A stretch of DNA of 8,623 bases from a virus (lineage: Duplodnaviria; Heunggongvirae; Uroviricota; Caudoviricetes): IMG/VR virus record IMGVR_UViG_3300029085_000036; one strand, 5' to 3'. The translations under genes and the position numbers were made by a program. Every line of letters begins with the position of its first letter. Positions within the stretch are counted from its first letter, which is position 1. The notes below the pieces were generated by a model, which worked only from the letters and a program-made list of their open reading frames with translations, was not told the DNA's origin and made no database searches. Positions 1 through 7,043 of this stretch are shown piece after piece.

Positions 1-1
1 T

Positions 2-1444
2 AGCCATATTGAAGGGGCGAGCAAACAAAGTGATTTTGTCCAGGCGGGTCATCAGTATGGTTTTAATAACTTATTAACGCTGTATGGTGGCTCGATGGTC
101 GCGAATAATTATTACGCGTTCACTTTGGGGACTGGCTGGAATACACGCATTGGTGCCATTTCCGTCGATGCCACGAAGTCGCATAGTAAACAAGACAACG
201 GCGATGTGTTTGACGGGCAAAGTTATCAAATTGCCTACAACAAATTTGTGAGCCAAACGTCGACACGTTTTGGTCTGGCGGCCTGGCGTTATTCGTCGCG
301 TGATTATCGGACATTTAATGATCACGTATGGGCAAACAATAAAGATAATTATCGCCGTGATGAAAACGATATCTATGACATTGCCGATTATTACCAGAAC
401 GATTTTGGCCGTAAAAATAGCTTCTCTGCCAATATGAGTCAGTCATTGCCAGAAGGCTGGGGTTCTGTGTCCTTAAGTACGTTATGGCGAGATTACTGGG
501 GGCGTAGCGGCAGCAGTAAGGATTATCAGTTGAGTTATTCCAACAACCTGCGAAGGATAAGCTATACCCTCGCGGCAAGCCATGCTTATGACGAGAATCA
601 TCATGAAGAGAAACGTTTTAATATTTTTATATCGATTCCCTTTGATTGGGGTGATGACGTTACGACGCCTCGTCGGCAAATATATATGTCTAACTCAACG
701 ACGTTTGATGATCAGGGGGTTGCCTCAAATAATACGGGATTATCAGGAACCGTTGGAAGCCGGGATCAGTTTAACTATGGGGTCAACCTGAGTTATCAGT
801 ATCAGGGAAATGAAACGACAGCTGGGGCTAATTTAACCTGGAACGCGCCGGTTGCGACAGTGAATGGCAGTTATAGTCAGTCGAGTGCTTATCGACAGGC
901 TGGAGCCAGTGTTTCAGGGGGCATTGTCGCCTGGTCGGGTGGCGTTAATCTGGCAAACCGTCTTTCTGAAACGTTTGCTGTGATGAATGCGCCAGGAATT
1001 AAAGATGCTTATGTCAATGGGCAAAAATATCGCACAACAAACCGTAATGGAGTGGTGGTATACGACGGAATGACACCTTATCGGGAAAATTACCTGATGT
1101 TGGATGTGTCACAAAGCGATAGCGAAGCAGAATTACGTGGCAACCGGAAAATTGCCGCCCCTTATCGCGGCGCGGTTGTACTGGTTAATTTTGATACCGA
1201 TCAGCGCAAGCCATGGTTTATAAAAGCGTTAAGAGCGGATGGGCAACCATTAACGTTTGGTTATGAAGTCAATGATATCCATGGTCATAATATTGGTGTT
1301 GTCGGCCAGGGAAGCCAGTTATTTATTCGCACCAATGAAGTACCGCCATCGGTTAATGTGGCAATTGATAAGCAACAAGGGCTTTCATGCACAATCACCT
1401 TCGGTAAAGAGATTGATGAAAGTAAAAATTATATTTGCCAGTAA
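2..1444 (+). CDS. yehB: Fimbrial outer-membrane usher protein, C-terminal ~480 aa; 5' end lies outside the window
   Basis: Reading frame is open from base 2 with no stop and continues into the track ORF 95..1444 (stop TAA 1442-1444). Gly/Ser/Asn/Tyr-rich composition typical of chaperone-usher beta-barrel proteins. Lies directly upstream of a yehA-like gene and convergent with rcnB, matching the K-12 yehDCBA/rcnBA/rcnR arrangement as I recall it. Confidence 0.8.
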   Translation, partial: SHIEGASKQSDFVQAGHQYGFNNLLTLYGGSMVANNYYAFTLGTGWNTRIGAISVDATKSHSKQDNGDVFDGQSYQIAYNKFVSQTSTRFGLAAWRYSSRDYRTFNDHVWANNKDNYRRDENDIYDIADYYQNDFGRKNSFSANMSQSLPEGWGSVSLSTLWRDYWGRSGSSKDYQLSYSNNLRRISYTLAASHAYDENHHEEKRFNIFISIPFDWGDDVTTPRRQIYMSNSTTFDDQGVASNNTGLSGTVGSRDQFNYGVNLSYQYQGNETTAGANLTWNAPVATVNGSYSQSSAYRQAGASVSGGIVAWSGGVNLANRLSETFAVMNAPGIKDAYVNGQKYRTTNRNGVVVYDGMTPYRENYLMLDVSQSDSEAELRGNRKIAAPYRGAVVLVNFDTDQRKPWFIKALRADGQPLTFGYEVNDIHGHNIGVVGQGSQLFIRTNEVPPSVNVAIDKQQGLSCTITFGKEIDESKNYICQ

Positions 1445-1459
1445 TAGTCAGGTGGTTCT

Positions 1460-2494
1460 ATGGAAATTCGCATAATGCTATTTATAGTAATGATGATGGT
1501 TATGCCTGTGAGCTATGCGGCATGTTATAGTGAGTTATCTGTTCAGCACAATTTGGTTGTTCAGGGGGATTTTGCACTTACTCAAACACAAATGGCGACA
1601 TATGAGCATAATTTTAATGATTCGTCATGCGTGAGTACAAATACTATCACCCCTATGAGCCCGTCGGATATTATTGTTGGACTTTATAACGATACCATTA
1701 AATTAAATTTACATTTTGAATGGACAAATAAAAACAACATTACGTTGTCAAATAATCAGACCAGTTTCACCAGTGGTTATTCGGTAACGGTGACACCTGC
1801 GGCCAGTAATGCAAAAGTGAATGTTTCTGCGGGGAGCGGTGGTTCAGTGATGATTAATGGAGTTGCGACATTATCCAGTGCTTCATCATCGACACGCGGG
1901 AGTGCCGCAGTACAATTTCTACTGTGTTTATTAGGTGGTAAGTCATGGGATGCATGTGTAAATAGCTACAGAAATGCATTGGCACAAAATGCAGGTGTCT
2001 ATTCCTTTAATCTGACATTGTCATACAACCCGATAACCACAACCTGCAAACCGGACGATTTATTAATTACGTTAGAGAGTATTCCCGTTTCACAATTACC
2101 AGCCACAGGTAACAAAACAACAATAAATAGTAAAAAAGGGGATATTATTCTGCGTTGTAAAAATTTATTAGGTCAACAAAATCAAACATCACGGAAAATG
2201 CAGGTGTATTTATCAAGTTCTGACTTGTTAACCAACAGCAACACGATCCTGAAAGGTGCGGAAGATAATGGCGTAGGATTTATTCTTGAAAGTAATGGTA
2301 CGCCAGTCACACTTTTAAATATCACTAACAGCAGTAAAGGATATACGAATTTAAAAGAAATTGCGGCAAAGTCAAAACTTACAGATACAACGGTTTCAAT
2401 TCCGATAACGGCCAGTTACTACGTCTACGATACAAACAAAGTTAAATCTGGCGCACTGGAGGCAACCGCATTAATCAACGTGAAATACGACTAA
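1460..2494 (+). CDS. yehA: Fimbrial subunit/adhesin-like protein of the yeh chaperone-usher operon (344 aa)
   Basis: ATG at 1460 with a Shine-Dalgarno-like CAGGTGG 4 nt upstream. Hydrophobic N-terminal signal peptide (MEIRIMLFIVMMMVMPVSYA). Ser/Thr/Asn-rich secreted-protein composition. Length and position match YehA from memory. Followed by a strong intrinsic terminator. Confidence 0.8.
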   Translation: MEIRIMLFIVMMMVMPVSYAACYSELSVQHNLVVQGDFALTQTQMATYEHNFNDSSCVSTNTITPMSPSDIIVGLYNDTIKLNLHFEWTNKNNITLSNNQTSFTSGYSVTVTPAASNAKVNVSAGSGGSVMINGVATLSSASSSTRGSAAVQFLLCLLGGKSWDACVNSYRNALAQNAGVYSFNLTLSYNPITTTCKPDDLLITLESIPVSQLPATGNKTTINSKKGDIILRCKNLLGQQNQTSRKMQVYLSSSDLLTNSNTILKGAEDNGVGFILESNGTPVTLLNITNSSKGYTNLKEIAAKSKLTDTTVSIPITASYYVYDTNKVKSGALEATALINVKYD

Positions 2495-2549
2495 TAACAA
2501 GCAAGACGAGCAAGTGGCTAATAATAAAAATATTAAGGTGTCTGCATTC

Positions 2550-2577
2550 CCCCCTCTCTCCGAGGGGGCTTTTTTTT
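2550..2577 (+). terminator. Rho-independent terminator downstream of yehA; overlaps the rcnB stop codon on the opposite strand
   Basis: Perfect 7-bp GC-rich stem CCCCCTC (2550-2556) / GAGGGGG (2562-2568), 5-nt loop TCTCC, then C and a run of 8 T (2570-2577). Confidence 0.8.
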
Positions 2578-2914
2578 AGCGATGATAAAAAATCTCACCG
2601 TCGTAGGCTTTAATGATTTTACCGTCGGTGTCGCTGATCAACACGTACGCGCCACCCATATAGGTCCAGTGCGTCCCGGCATCAGGCGCGGGCAGGTTAC
2701 GTAACTGCCACTGCTTAATGTTGTACTCATCGGTGCGGTACATCTCTGGGACGGTGTCACCTGGTTTGAAATGCTTAAAGTCAGCAATGAAACTGCTTAA
2801 CTCATACTTAGAAATTCCCGAGGTATTGGTCGAACCCGCGGTGGCTGGTGCGGCCCAGGCGGCACTGGTAACCAGCAAAAGCGCACCCAGCAACATCTTA
2901 TTTTTAATGGTCAT
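2576..2914 (-). CDS. rcnB: Periplasmic nickel/cobalt homeostasis protein RcnB (112 aa)
   Basis: Minus-strand ORF; chosen start is the internal ATG at 2914 (MTIKNKMLLGALLLVTSAAWA signal peptide) preceded by GGAGA, rather than the upstream ATG of the 172-aa track ORF. Located downstream of rcnA on the same strand. Sequence recognised from memory as YohN/RcnB. Confidence 0.85.
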   Translation of the reverse strand: MTIKNKMLLGALLLVTSAAWAAPATAGSTNTSGISKYELSSFIADFKHFKPGDTVPEMYRTDEYNIKQWQLRNLPAPDAGTHWTYMGGAYVLISDTDGKIIKAYDGEIFYHR

Positions 2915-3030
2915 AAACTCTCCACTTTGGGGATCTGTAATATCAGTCGCATATCTTTCCTGCCATACAATATAACTGACAAGCGATATTTTGTTAGTGA
3001 TCCCATGATTTCGTAAAAAGTGTAAATGAA

Positions 3031-3051
3031 AGGATGCCCTAAAAGCATCCT
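3031..3051 (-). terminator. Putative hairpin (partial terminator or attenuator) between rcnA and rcnB
   Basis: 7-bp stem AGGATGC (3031-3037) / GCATCCT (3045-3051) with a 7-nt loop. On the minus strand it is followed by a T-rich tract (TTCATTTACACTTTTT). Function is inferred only. Confidence 0.35.
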
Positions 3052-3132
3052 TAGCGTGCAGAGAGTCAGCGGAAATAGCTGATTTAAGAATCATCCTGGG
3101 CTGAAGATAACATGCAAGCCTAAAGGATTGAG

Positions 3133-3957
3133 TTATCGCATTATGCCCATGAAGCCATGTACGCCCATATACACACCAACTAAGCCAATCAACAGACTGG
3201 AAAAATAGGGAGCGCGTTTAGCGAGAGTGTTAAATCCGCTCCAGCGTTTTGCGACCTGCTGAACGCTGATTGCTGCGCCAACGCCTACGGTGACAAGCGT
3301 TAACGCCAGGCCGAGGCTGAAACTGACGACCAGTGTTGCGCCCAGTGTCAGGGCTTTCAACTGAATGCAAATCAACAGCACGGTAATTGCTGCCGGGCAG
3401 GGGATAAGGCCACCGGTTAAGCCAAATAGCAAAATTTGCCAGTTGGTGACCTCTCTACCATCAAAGCGTCGTTTAATGTCATTGGCATGGGCTCGTGCAT
3501 GGGCATCCTGATACTCGCCATGTTCGTGATGGTGATGATGTCCATGGTCGTGGTGATCTTCGTGATCGTGGTGATGATGCTCATGATCATGCTCGTGCAT
3601 ATTCTCCAGCCAGTTGCGTTCGCCGCGCCAGGTACGCCAGAACATCCAGAACGCGGTGCTAATAATGATCACTGCGGAAATCAACTGGAGCCACGGTTCA
3701 GCTGATTGAGCAGTAAAGTGTTTGCTGATCACCATCCCGCCAAAGGCAATTAACCAGACCACTGCGGTATGCGAAATGGTTGCTGCCAGTCCGAGCATCA
3801 CCGCCTGTTTAATGGTGCCTTTGATGGCGATGATAAACGCCGCCATCATCGTTTTTGAGTGCCCCGGTTCCAGGCCATGAAGCGCACCAAGTAAGATGGC
3901 GCTGGGGATGAAGAACCAGGCGTTTCCTTGCTGAAGAAGTGTTGTAAATTCGGTCAT
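3133..3957 (-). CDS. rcnA: Nickel/cobalt efflux transporter RcnA (274 aa) with a His-rich cytoplasmic loop
   Basis: Minus-strand ORF with ATG at 3957. Multiple hydrophobic transmembrane segments and a long His/Asp/Glu-rich stretch (HEHDHEHHHHDHEDHHDHGHHHHHEH). Divergent from rcnR with RcnR operators between them. Confidence 0.95.
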   Translation of the reverse strand: MTEFTTLLQQGNAWFFIPSAILLGALHGLEPGHSKTMMAAFIIAIKGTIKQAVMLGLAATISHTAVVWLIAFGGMVISKHFTAQSAEPWLQLISAVIIISTAFWMFWRTWRGERNWLENMHEHDHEHHHHDHEDHHDHGHHHHHEHGEYQDAHARAHANDIKRRFDGREVTNWQILLFGLTGGLIPCPAAITVLLICIQLKALTLGATLVVSFSLGLALTLVTVGVGAAISVQQVAKRWSGFNTLAKRAPYFSSLLIGLVGVYMGVHGFMGIMR

Positions 3958-3994
3958 GATAATAATTCTTAGTATTAATTCGGCAATCTGATTC

Positions 3995-4029
3995 TACTCC
4001 CCCCCAGTACCTGATACTACCCCCCAGTA
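3995..4029. promoter_or_regulatory. Two RcnR operator sites in the rcnA-rcnR divergent promoter region
   Basis: TACT-CCCCCCC-AGTA at 3995-4009 and TACT-A-CCCCCC-AGTA at 4015-4029. On the opposite strand both read TACT-G6-N-AGTA, the published RcnR recognition motif. Confidence 0.85.
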
Positions 4030-4077
4030 GATTAATAGTGCTATGATTTTTCATATTCTTGTTAACCAGGTGTTGCC

Positions 4078-4350
4078 ATGTCTCATACAATCCGTGATAA
4101 ACAGAAACTGAAAGCGCGTGCCAGTAAGATTCAGGGCCAGGTCGTGGCGCTCAAGAAAATGCTCGACGAACCGCATGAATGCGCTGCAGTTTTACAACAG
4201 ATTGCTGCTATCCGTGGCGCGGTAAACGGTCTGATGCGGGAAGTGATTAAAGGCCATCTGACGGAACACATCGTTCACCAGGGGGATGAGCTAAAACGTG
4301 AAGAAGATCTGGATGTCGTTCTGAAGGTGCTGGATTCTTATATCAAATAA
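4078..4350 (+). CDS. rcnR: Ni/Co-responsive transcriptional repressor RcnR (90 aa; CsoR/RcnR family)
   Basis: ORF of 90 aa ([38 protein letters not shown]...), divergent from rcnA across the G/C-tract operators. Recognised from memory as YohL/RcnR. Confidence 0.95.
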
Positions 4351-4439
4351 TTTCACAACGTTATTGTAATACCGCCGTTTTTCCCCGTTTACAACGCGTG
4401 CGCTGGACATTACCATCCTCCTCTGCGATTTATTATCGC

Positions 4440-4491
4440 AACCAAACGACTCGGGGTGCCCTTCTTTGTGAAGGCTGAGAAATACCCGTAT
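4440..4491 (+). ncRNA. TPP (THI-box) riboswitch aptamer, 5' portion only (thiM leader type), truncated at its 3' side
   Basis: Contains GGGGTGCCC...GGC, CTGAGA and ACCC elements in the order expected for the P2/P3/J3-2 part of a TPP aptamer. Matches the E. coli thiM leader as I remember it up to ...ATACCCGTAT. The expected continuation (CACCTGATCTGG... P4/P5 helix) and thiM are absent. Confidence 0.75.
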
Positions 4492-4522
4492 TTTCTCATT
4501 TAGTGTTTTTTGCGGTTCGGGG

Positions 4523-4604
4523 TTGTTCGTGGTTGTTTGCGTATGCATTTGATATTAAATATAATATTGCGTTTTCTTGTTTGTCATTGTTCGTCGTTGT
4601 TCGT
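4523..4604. repeat. Three copies of TTGTTCGT (4523-4530, 4587-4594, 4597-4604) plus the variant TTGTTTGCGT; candidate integrase arm-type binding sites
   Basis: Direct repeats read from the sequence, clustered between the junction and the int start codon. Their role as arm sites is inferred. Confidence 0.4.
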
Positions 4605-4620
4605 AGAGCTTCAACGAAAT

Positions 4621-4644
4621 GTGTGGTCAGTTGTGTGGTCAGTT
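4621..4644 (+). repeat. Perfect 12-bp tandem duplication GTGTGGTCAGTT x2, upstream of int
   Basis: GTGTGGTCAGTT at 4621-4632 and again at 4633-4644, identical. Lies 36 bp upstream of the int GTG start. Confidence 0.85.
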
Positions 4645-4679
4645 TTTTGAGGCTGGAGGACTGAAAAGAGGATCTGATA

Positions 4680-5900
4680 GTGGGAAAAGCACTAAACAAA
4701 CTGAGCGATTCGACGTTAAAAAAATTGGCGGCTGTCCAGGCAGAAAAAGAGCGTTTTTACTCCGACGGGGGCGGGCTGGAGATTAAACACTCAAAGGGCG
4801 GCAAATTAACCTGGTATTTCCGGTACCGAACAGGAGGACGTGAGGTTGCTGCTGAGCGGCTAAAGTTGGGGGCTTATCCTGAATTGTCGCTGAAAGCCGC
4901 AAGGGAAAAACGCACACAGTGCCGGTCATGGCTGGCAGAGGGTAAAAACCCCCGTTATGAGTTGTGCACCACAGTAAAGGAAGCACTAAAACCCGTTACG
5001 GTGAAGGAGGCGATTAACTACTGGCTGGAGGAATACGCGAAGGATAACCGCAAAGACTACATAAAGCTGGTGCAACGTATGGATAAGCACATCATTTGCC
5101 ATATAGGGGCAATTCCCCTTGATAAGTGTGATACAAGGCAGTGGATCGCATGTTTTGACCGTGTACGAAAAAAAGCACCAGTAGCAGCGGGGCACGTCAT
5201 GCAAACCTGCAAACAAGCGCTAAAGTTCTGCCGCAGGAGGCGCTACGCGTTCAGTAATGCCCTGGACGATTTGATCGTCAGCGATGTGGGTAAGAGAGCA
5301 GAAATTCGCGAGAGAGTGCACAGCAACAGCGAATTAAAGGAAATTTTACGCGCTATTGATGGTGATGTGTTCGCGCCTTACTACAGCGCGTTAATGCGCT
5401 TGCTGATTGTGTTCGGGTGCAGAACGGCAGAGGTCAGACTTTCAGAGATCAAAGAATGGGATCTGAAAGAAATGTTGTGGACAGTGCCAAAAGAGCACAG
5501 CAAAACGAAGGTAACGATATTCAGGCCAATACCCGATGGCATTTTGCCGTTCATTCAGAAGCTGGTGGAGCAGAACCGGCATACAGGGTTATTACTCGGA
5601 GAACTGAAAAAAGATACCACGGTAGCGCAATATGGGCGAAATGCGCATAAGCGGCTTAACCAGGAACACTGGACGCTGCATGACTTTCGCCACACGTTTA
5701 CAACGATGCTGAACGATTTAGGTGTCGATCCGCATATCGTGGAGCACATCACAGCGCATCAGATGCCTGGTCAGCAAAAAACCTATAACCATTCACGCTA
5801 TTTACAGGCGAAGCGGGACGCGTTGAATCTGTGGGTTGAGCGTCTCGATGTGCTGGCTGGAAATCATGAAAATATTGTTATGCTGAAGGTGGCTAAATGA
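4680..5900 (+). CDS. int: Tyrosine site-specific integrase, P4-like (406 aa), GTG start
   Basis: GTG at 4680 is the first canonical start after an in-frame stop at 4662-4664, with AAGAGGA 7 nt upstream. N-terminal arm-binding-type region (GGLEIKHSKGGKLTWYFRYR). C-terminal catalytic-type motifs (HDFRHTF, YNHSRY). Sits next to the junction with chromosomal sequence. Confidence 0.9.
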   Translation: MGKALNKLSDSTLKKLAAVQAEKERFYSDGGGLEIKHSKGGKLTWYFRYRTGGREVAAERLKLGAYPELSLKAAREKRTQCRSWLAEGKNPRYELCTTVKEALKPVTVKEAINYWLEEYAKDNRKDYIKLVQRMDKHIICHIGAIPLDKCDTRQWIACFDRVRKKAPVAAGHVMQTCKQALKFCRRRRYAFSNALDDLIVSDVGKRAEIRERVHSNSELKEILRAIDGDVFAPYYSALMRLLIVFGCRTAEVRLSEIKEWDLKEMLWTVPKEHSKTKVTIFRPIPDGILPFIQKLVEQNRHTGLLLGELKKDTTVAQYGRNAHKRLNQEHWTLHDFRHTFTTMLNDLGVDPHIVEHITAHQMPGQQKTYNHSRYLQAKRDALNLWVERLDVLAGNHENIVMLKVAK

Positions 5901-6616
5901 AATTACCTAAAAGACTCTATTATCCGTTACCTGAAGCGGCAGAAAAGTTAGGATGTACAATAAGGGATCTCTATCATTTCGCTAGTACAGGTGCCATTGA
6001 TATTTCTGTATTTATTCCTGAGCATAGTGTTGGGAACTGTGAGGTTTATTTTCTTGAGGGATTTAAAGATAATAAACGGAATGGACTAATATTCCAGGAC
6101 GGCAAAACAATTAATTTAGAGAAGAAAGTAGATGATAGATTATATATAGCAAATTTTATTGCTGGTTTTTTCTATGTAAACAAAAAGGCGTTCTCTGATA
6201 TTGAGTTTAAACATAATAACATCATAAGCTCACCAACATTATATTTTTACCCTGATAGACTTGGCGGTGGATTAGAAATAACTCCAGAAGGGGAAAATCT
6301 CAAGCCATTTGATATAGATGTTGATTATTTATGTGTGATGGCAGATGATTTAAATAATGTAAAAGATGAAGGTAGTTTTCGTAATCTTACAGAAGATAAC
6401 CCCAAAAGAGCAGCAAAAAGGAATGAGGTTATTTACTCTTTAATTAAACTTATTCCAGAAATGGGTGATGTAGACCTAGACACGGAATCATTACCTAAAA
6501 TAGCAGATTTAATTGATTCTATAGCTGCATCCAGAGGGATAGAATTTCCCAAAACACATTGGCAGACATGGCAAAAGTATTTGGGGCGTGAATCTCAACA
6601 AAAACGCAAAAAGTGA
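5897..6616 (+). CDS. Hypothetical 239-aa cargo protein with a possible N-terminal helix-turn-helix; AT-rich, family unrecognised
   Basis: ATG at 5897 overlaps the int stop (ATGA) and has a strong Shine-Dalgarno AAGGTGG 4 nt upstream. Visibly AT-rich compared with int and alpA. The N-terminus (LPEAAEKLGCTIRDLYHFASTGAI) resembles excisionase/AlpA-type HTH. The C-terminal ~190 aa match nothing I recognise. Confidence 0.65.
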   Translation: MKLPKRLYYPLPEAAEKLGCTIRDLYHFASTGAIDISVFIPEHSVGNCEVYFLEGFKDNKRNGLIFQDGKTINLEKKVDDRLYIANFIAGFFYVNKKAFSDIEFKHNNIISSPTLYFYPDRLGGGLEITPEGENLKPFDIDVDYLCVMADDLNNVKDEGSFRNLTEDNPKRAAKRNEVIYSLIKLIPEMGDVDLDTESLPKIADLIDSIAASRGIEFPKTHWQTWQKYLGRESQQKRKK

Positions 6617-6644
6617 TATCACGTGCTGGTAGTGTGATATCACA
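6612..6644. promoter_or_regulatory. Two copies of the perfect palindrome GTGATATCAC (second extended to GTGTGATATCACAC), 9 bp apart; candidate operator or hairpin upstream of alpA
   Basis: GTGATATCAC at 6612-6621 (overlapping the cargo stop codon) and GTGTGATATCACAC at 6631-6644. A TAGAAT -10-like hexamer lies at 6666-6671. Confidence 0.5.
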
Positions 6645-6707
6645 CAAACGGCGTTTTACCACCGCCTAGAATCGTCCTCGTTCGGCAACGTTCGGGGACG
6701 TTTTTTT

Positions 6708-6932
6708 ATGAATCAAAATACACAATTTCAATCACTATCAGATCGCGTAATCCGTGAGGATGAATGTCGTAAGTTAACAGGAGTGTGCCGCACTACACGC
6801 TATGAACTGGAGAAAAAAGGATGCTTTCCGTCACGTCTTAATCTGGGCGGTCGTTCTGTAGGTTGGCTGCTGTCCGAGGTTATGGAATGGGTTAAAAGCC
6901 GGGATCGCATTAATTCAGGCAAGGCAGCGTAA
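6708..6932 (+). CDS. alpA: AlpA-family phage regulatory protein / excisionase-like (74 aa)
   Basis: Small ORF with the characteristic AlpA/Vis-type pattern (...CRKLTGVCRTTRYELEKKGCFPSRLNLGGRSVGWLLSEVMEWV...). Lies downstream of int as in P4-like and CP4-57-like elements. Confidence 0.85.
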   Translation: MNQNTQFQSLSDRVIREDECRKLTGVCRTTRYELEKKGCFPSRLNLGGRSVGWLLSEVMEWVKSRDRINSGKAA

Positions 6933-6959
6933 AGGGGAGTATATGGCACATAAAACAAA

Positions 6960-6979
6960 GGCGACCGGGGGCGGTCGCC
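6960..6979 (-). terminator. Rho-independent terminator for the minus-strand small-gene pair
   Basis: Stem GGCGACC (6960-6966) / GGTCGCC (6973-6979) with a G-rich loop. On the minus strand it is followed by TTTGTTTTAT. No comparable U-tract on the plus strand. Confidence 0.55.
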
Positions 6980-7043
6980 AATGGGAATACACTAAACATA
7001 AGCCCAGCCATCATAGCGATTTGCTGGCTGGTGGGCAATGTGA

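Noticed and set aside
74-791. Several short ORFs antisense or out of frame within the usher gene (74..325 -, 120..314 -, 315..578 -, 482..679 -, 582..791 +)
   Set aside because: All are embedded in the long, well-supported usher reading frame and have odd, Cys/Arg-rich or low-complexity translations.
2915-3094. N-terminal extension of rcnB implied by the 172-aa track ORF
   Set aside because: The internal ATG at 2914 gives a typical signal peptide and has a GGAGA ribosome-binding site. The upstream extension has no such support and would overlap the rcnA-rcnB intergenic hairpin.
3436-3705. 89-aa plus-strand ORF antisense to rcnA
   Set aside because: It is the antisense reading of the His-codon repeat tract of rcnA; its Met/Val-rich repetitive translation is an artefact.
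4351-4679. Possible tRNA or tmRNA at the island junction (the usual P4-type integration target)
   Set aside because: I looked for acceptor-stem/T-loop features. GGTTCGGGG at 4515-4523 superficially resembles a T-arm but has no matching acceptor stem or cloverleaf context. The junction instead falls inside riboswitch-like sequence.
4291-4699. Minus-strand ORFs 4291..4548 and 4496..4699 across the rcnR end, riboswitch and att arm
   Set aside because: They overlap the rcnR 3' end, the riboswitch aptamer and the repeat-rich att arm. They lack ribosome-binding sites and are most likely chance ORFs in T-rich sequence.
4783-5752. Short ORFs inside the integrase gene (4783..4986 -, 4986..5216 -, 5417..5650 +, 5555..5752 -)
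   Set aside because: Embedded in or antisense to the integrase frame, which has clear domain-level support.
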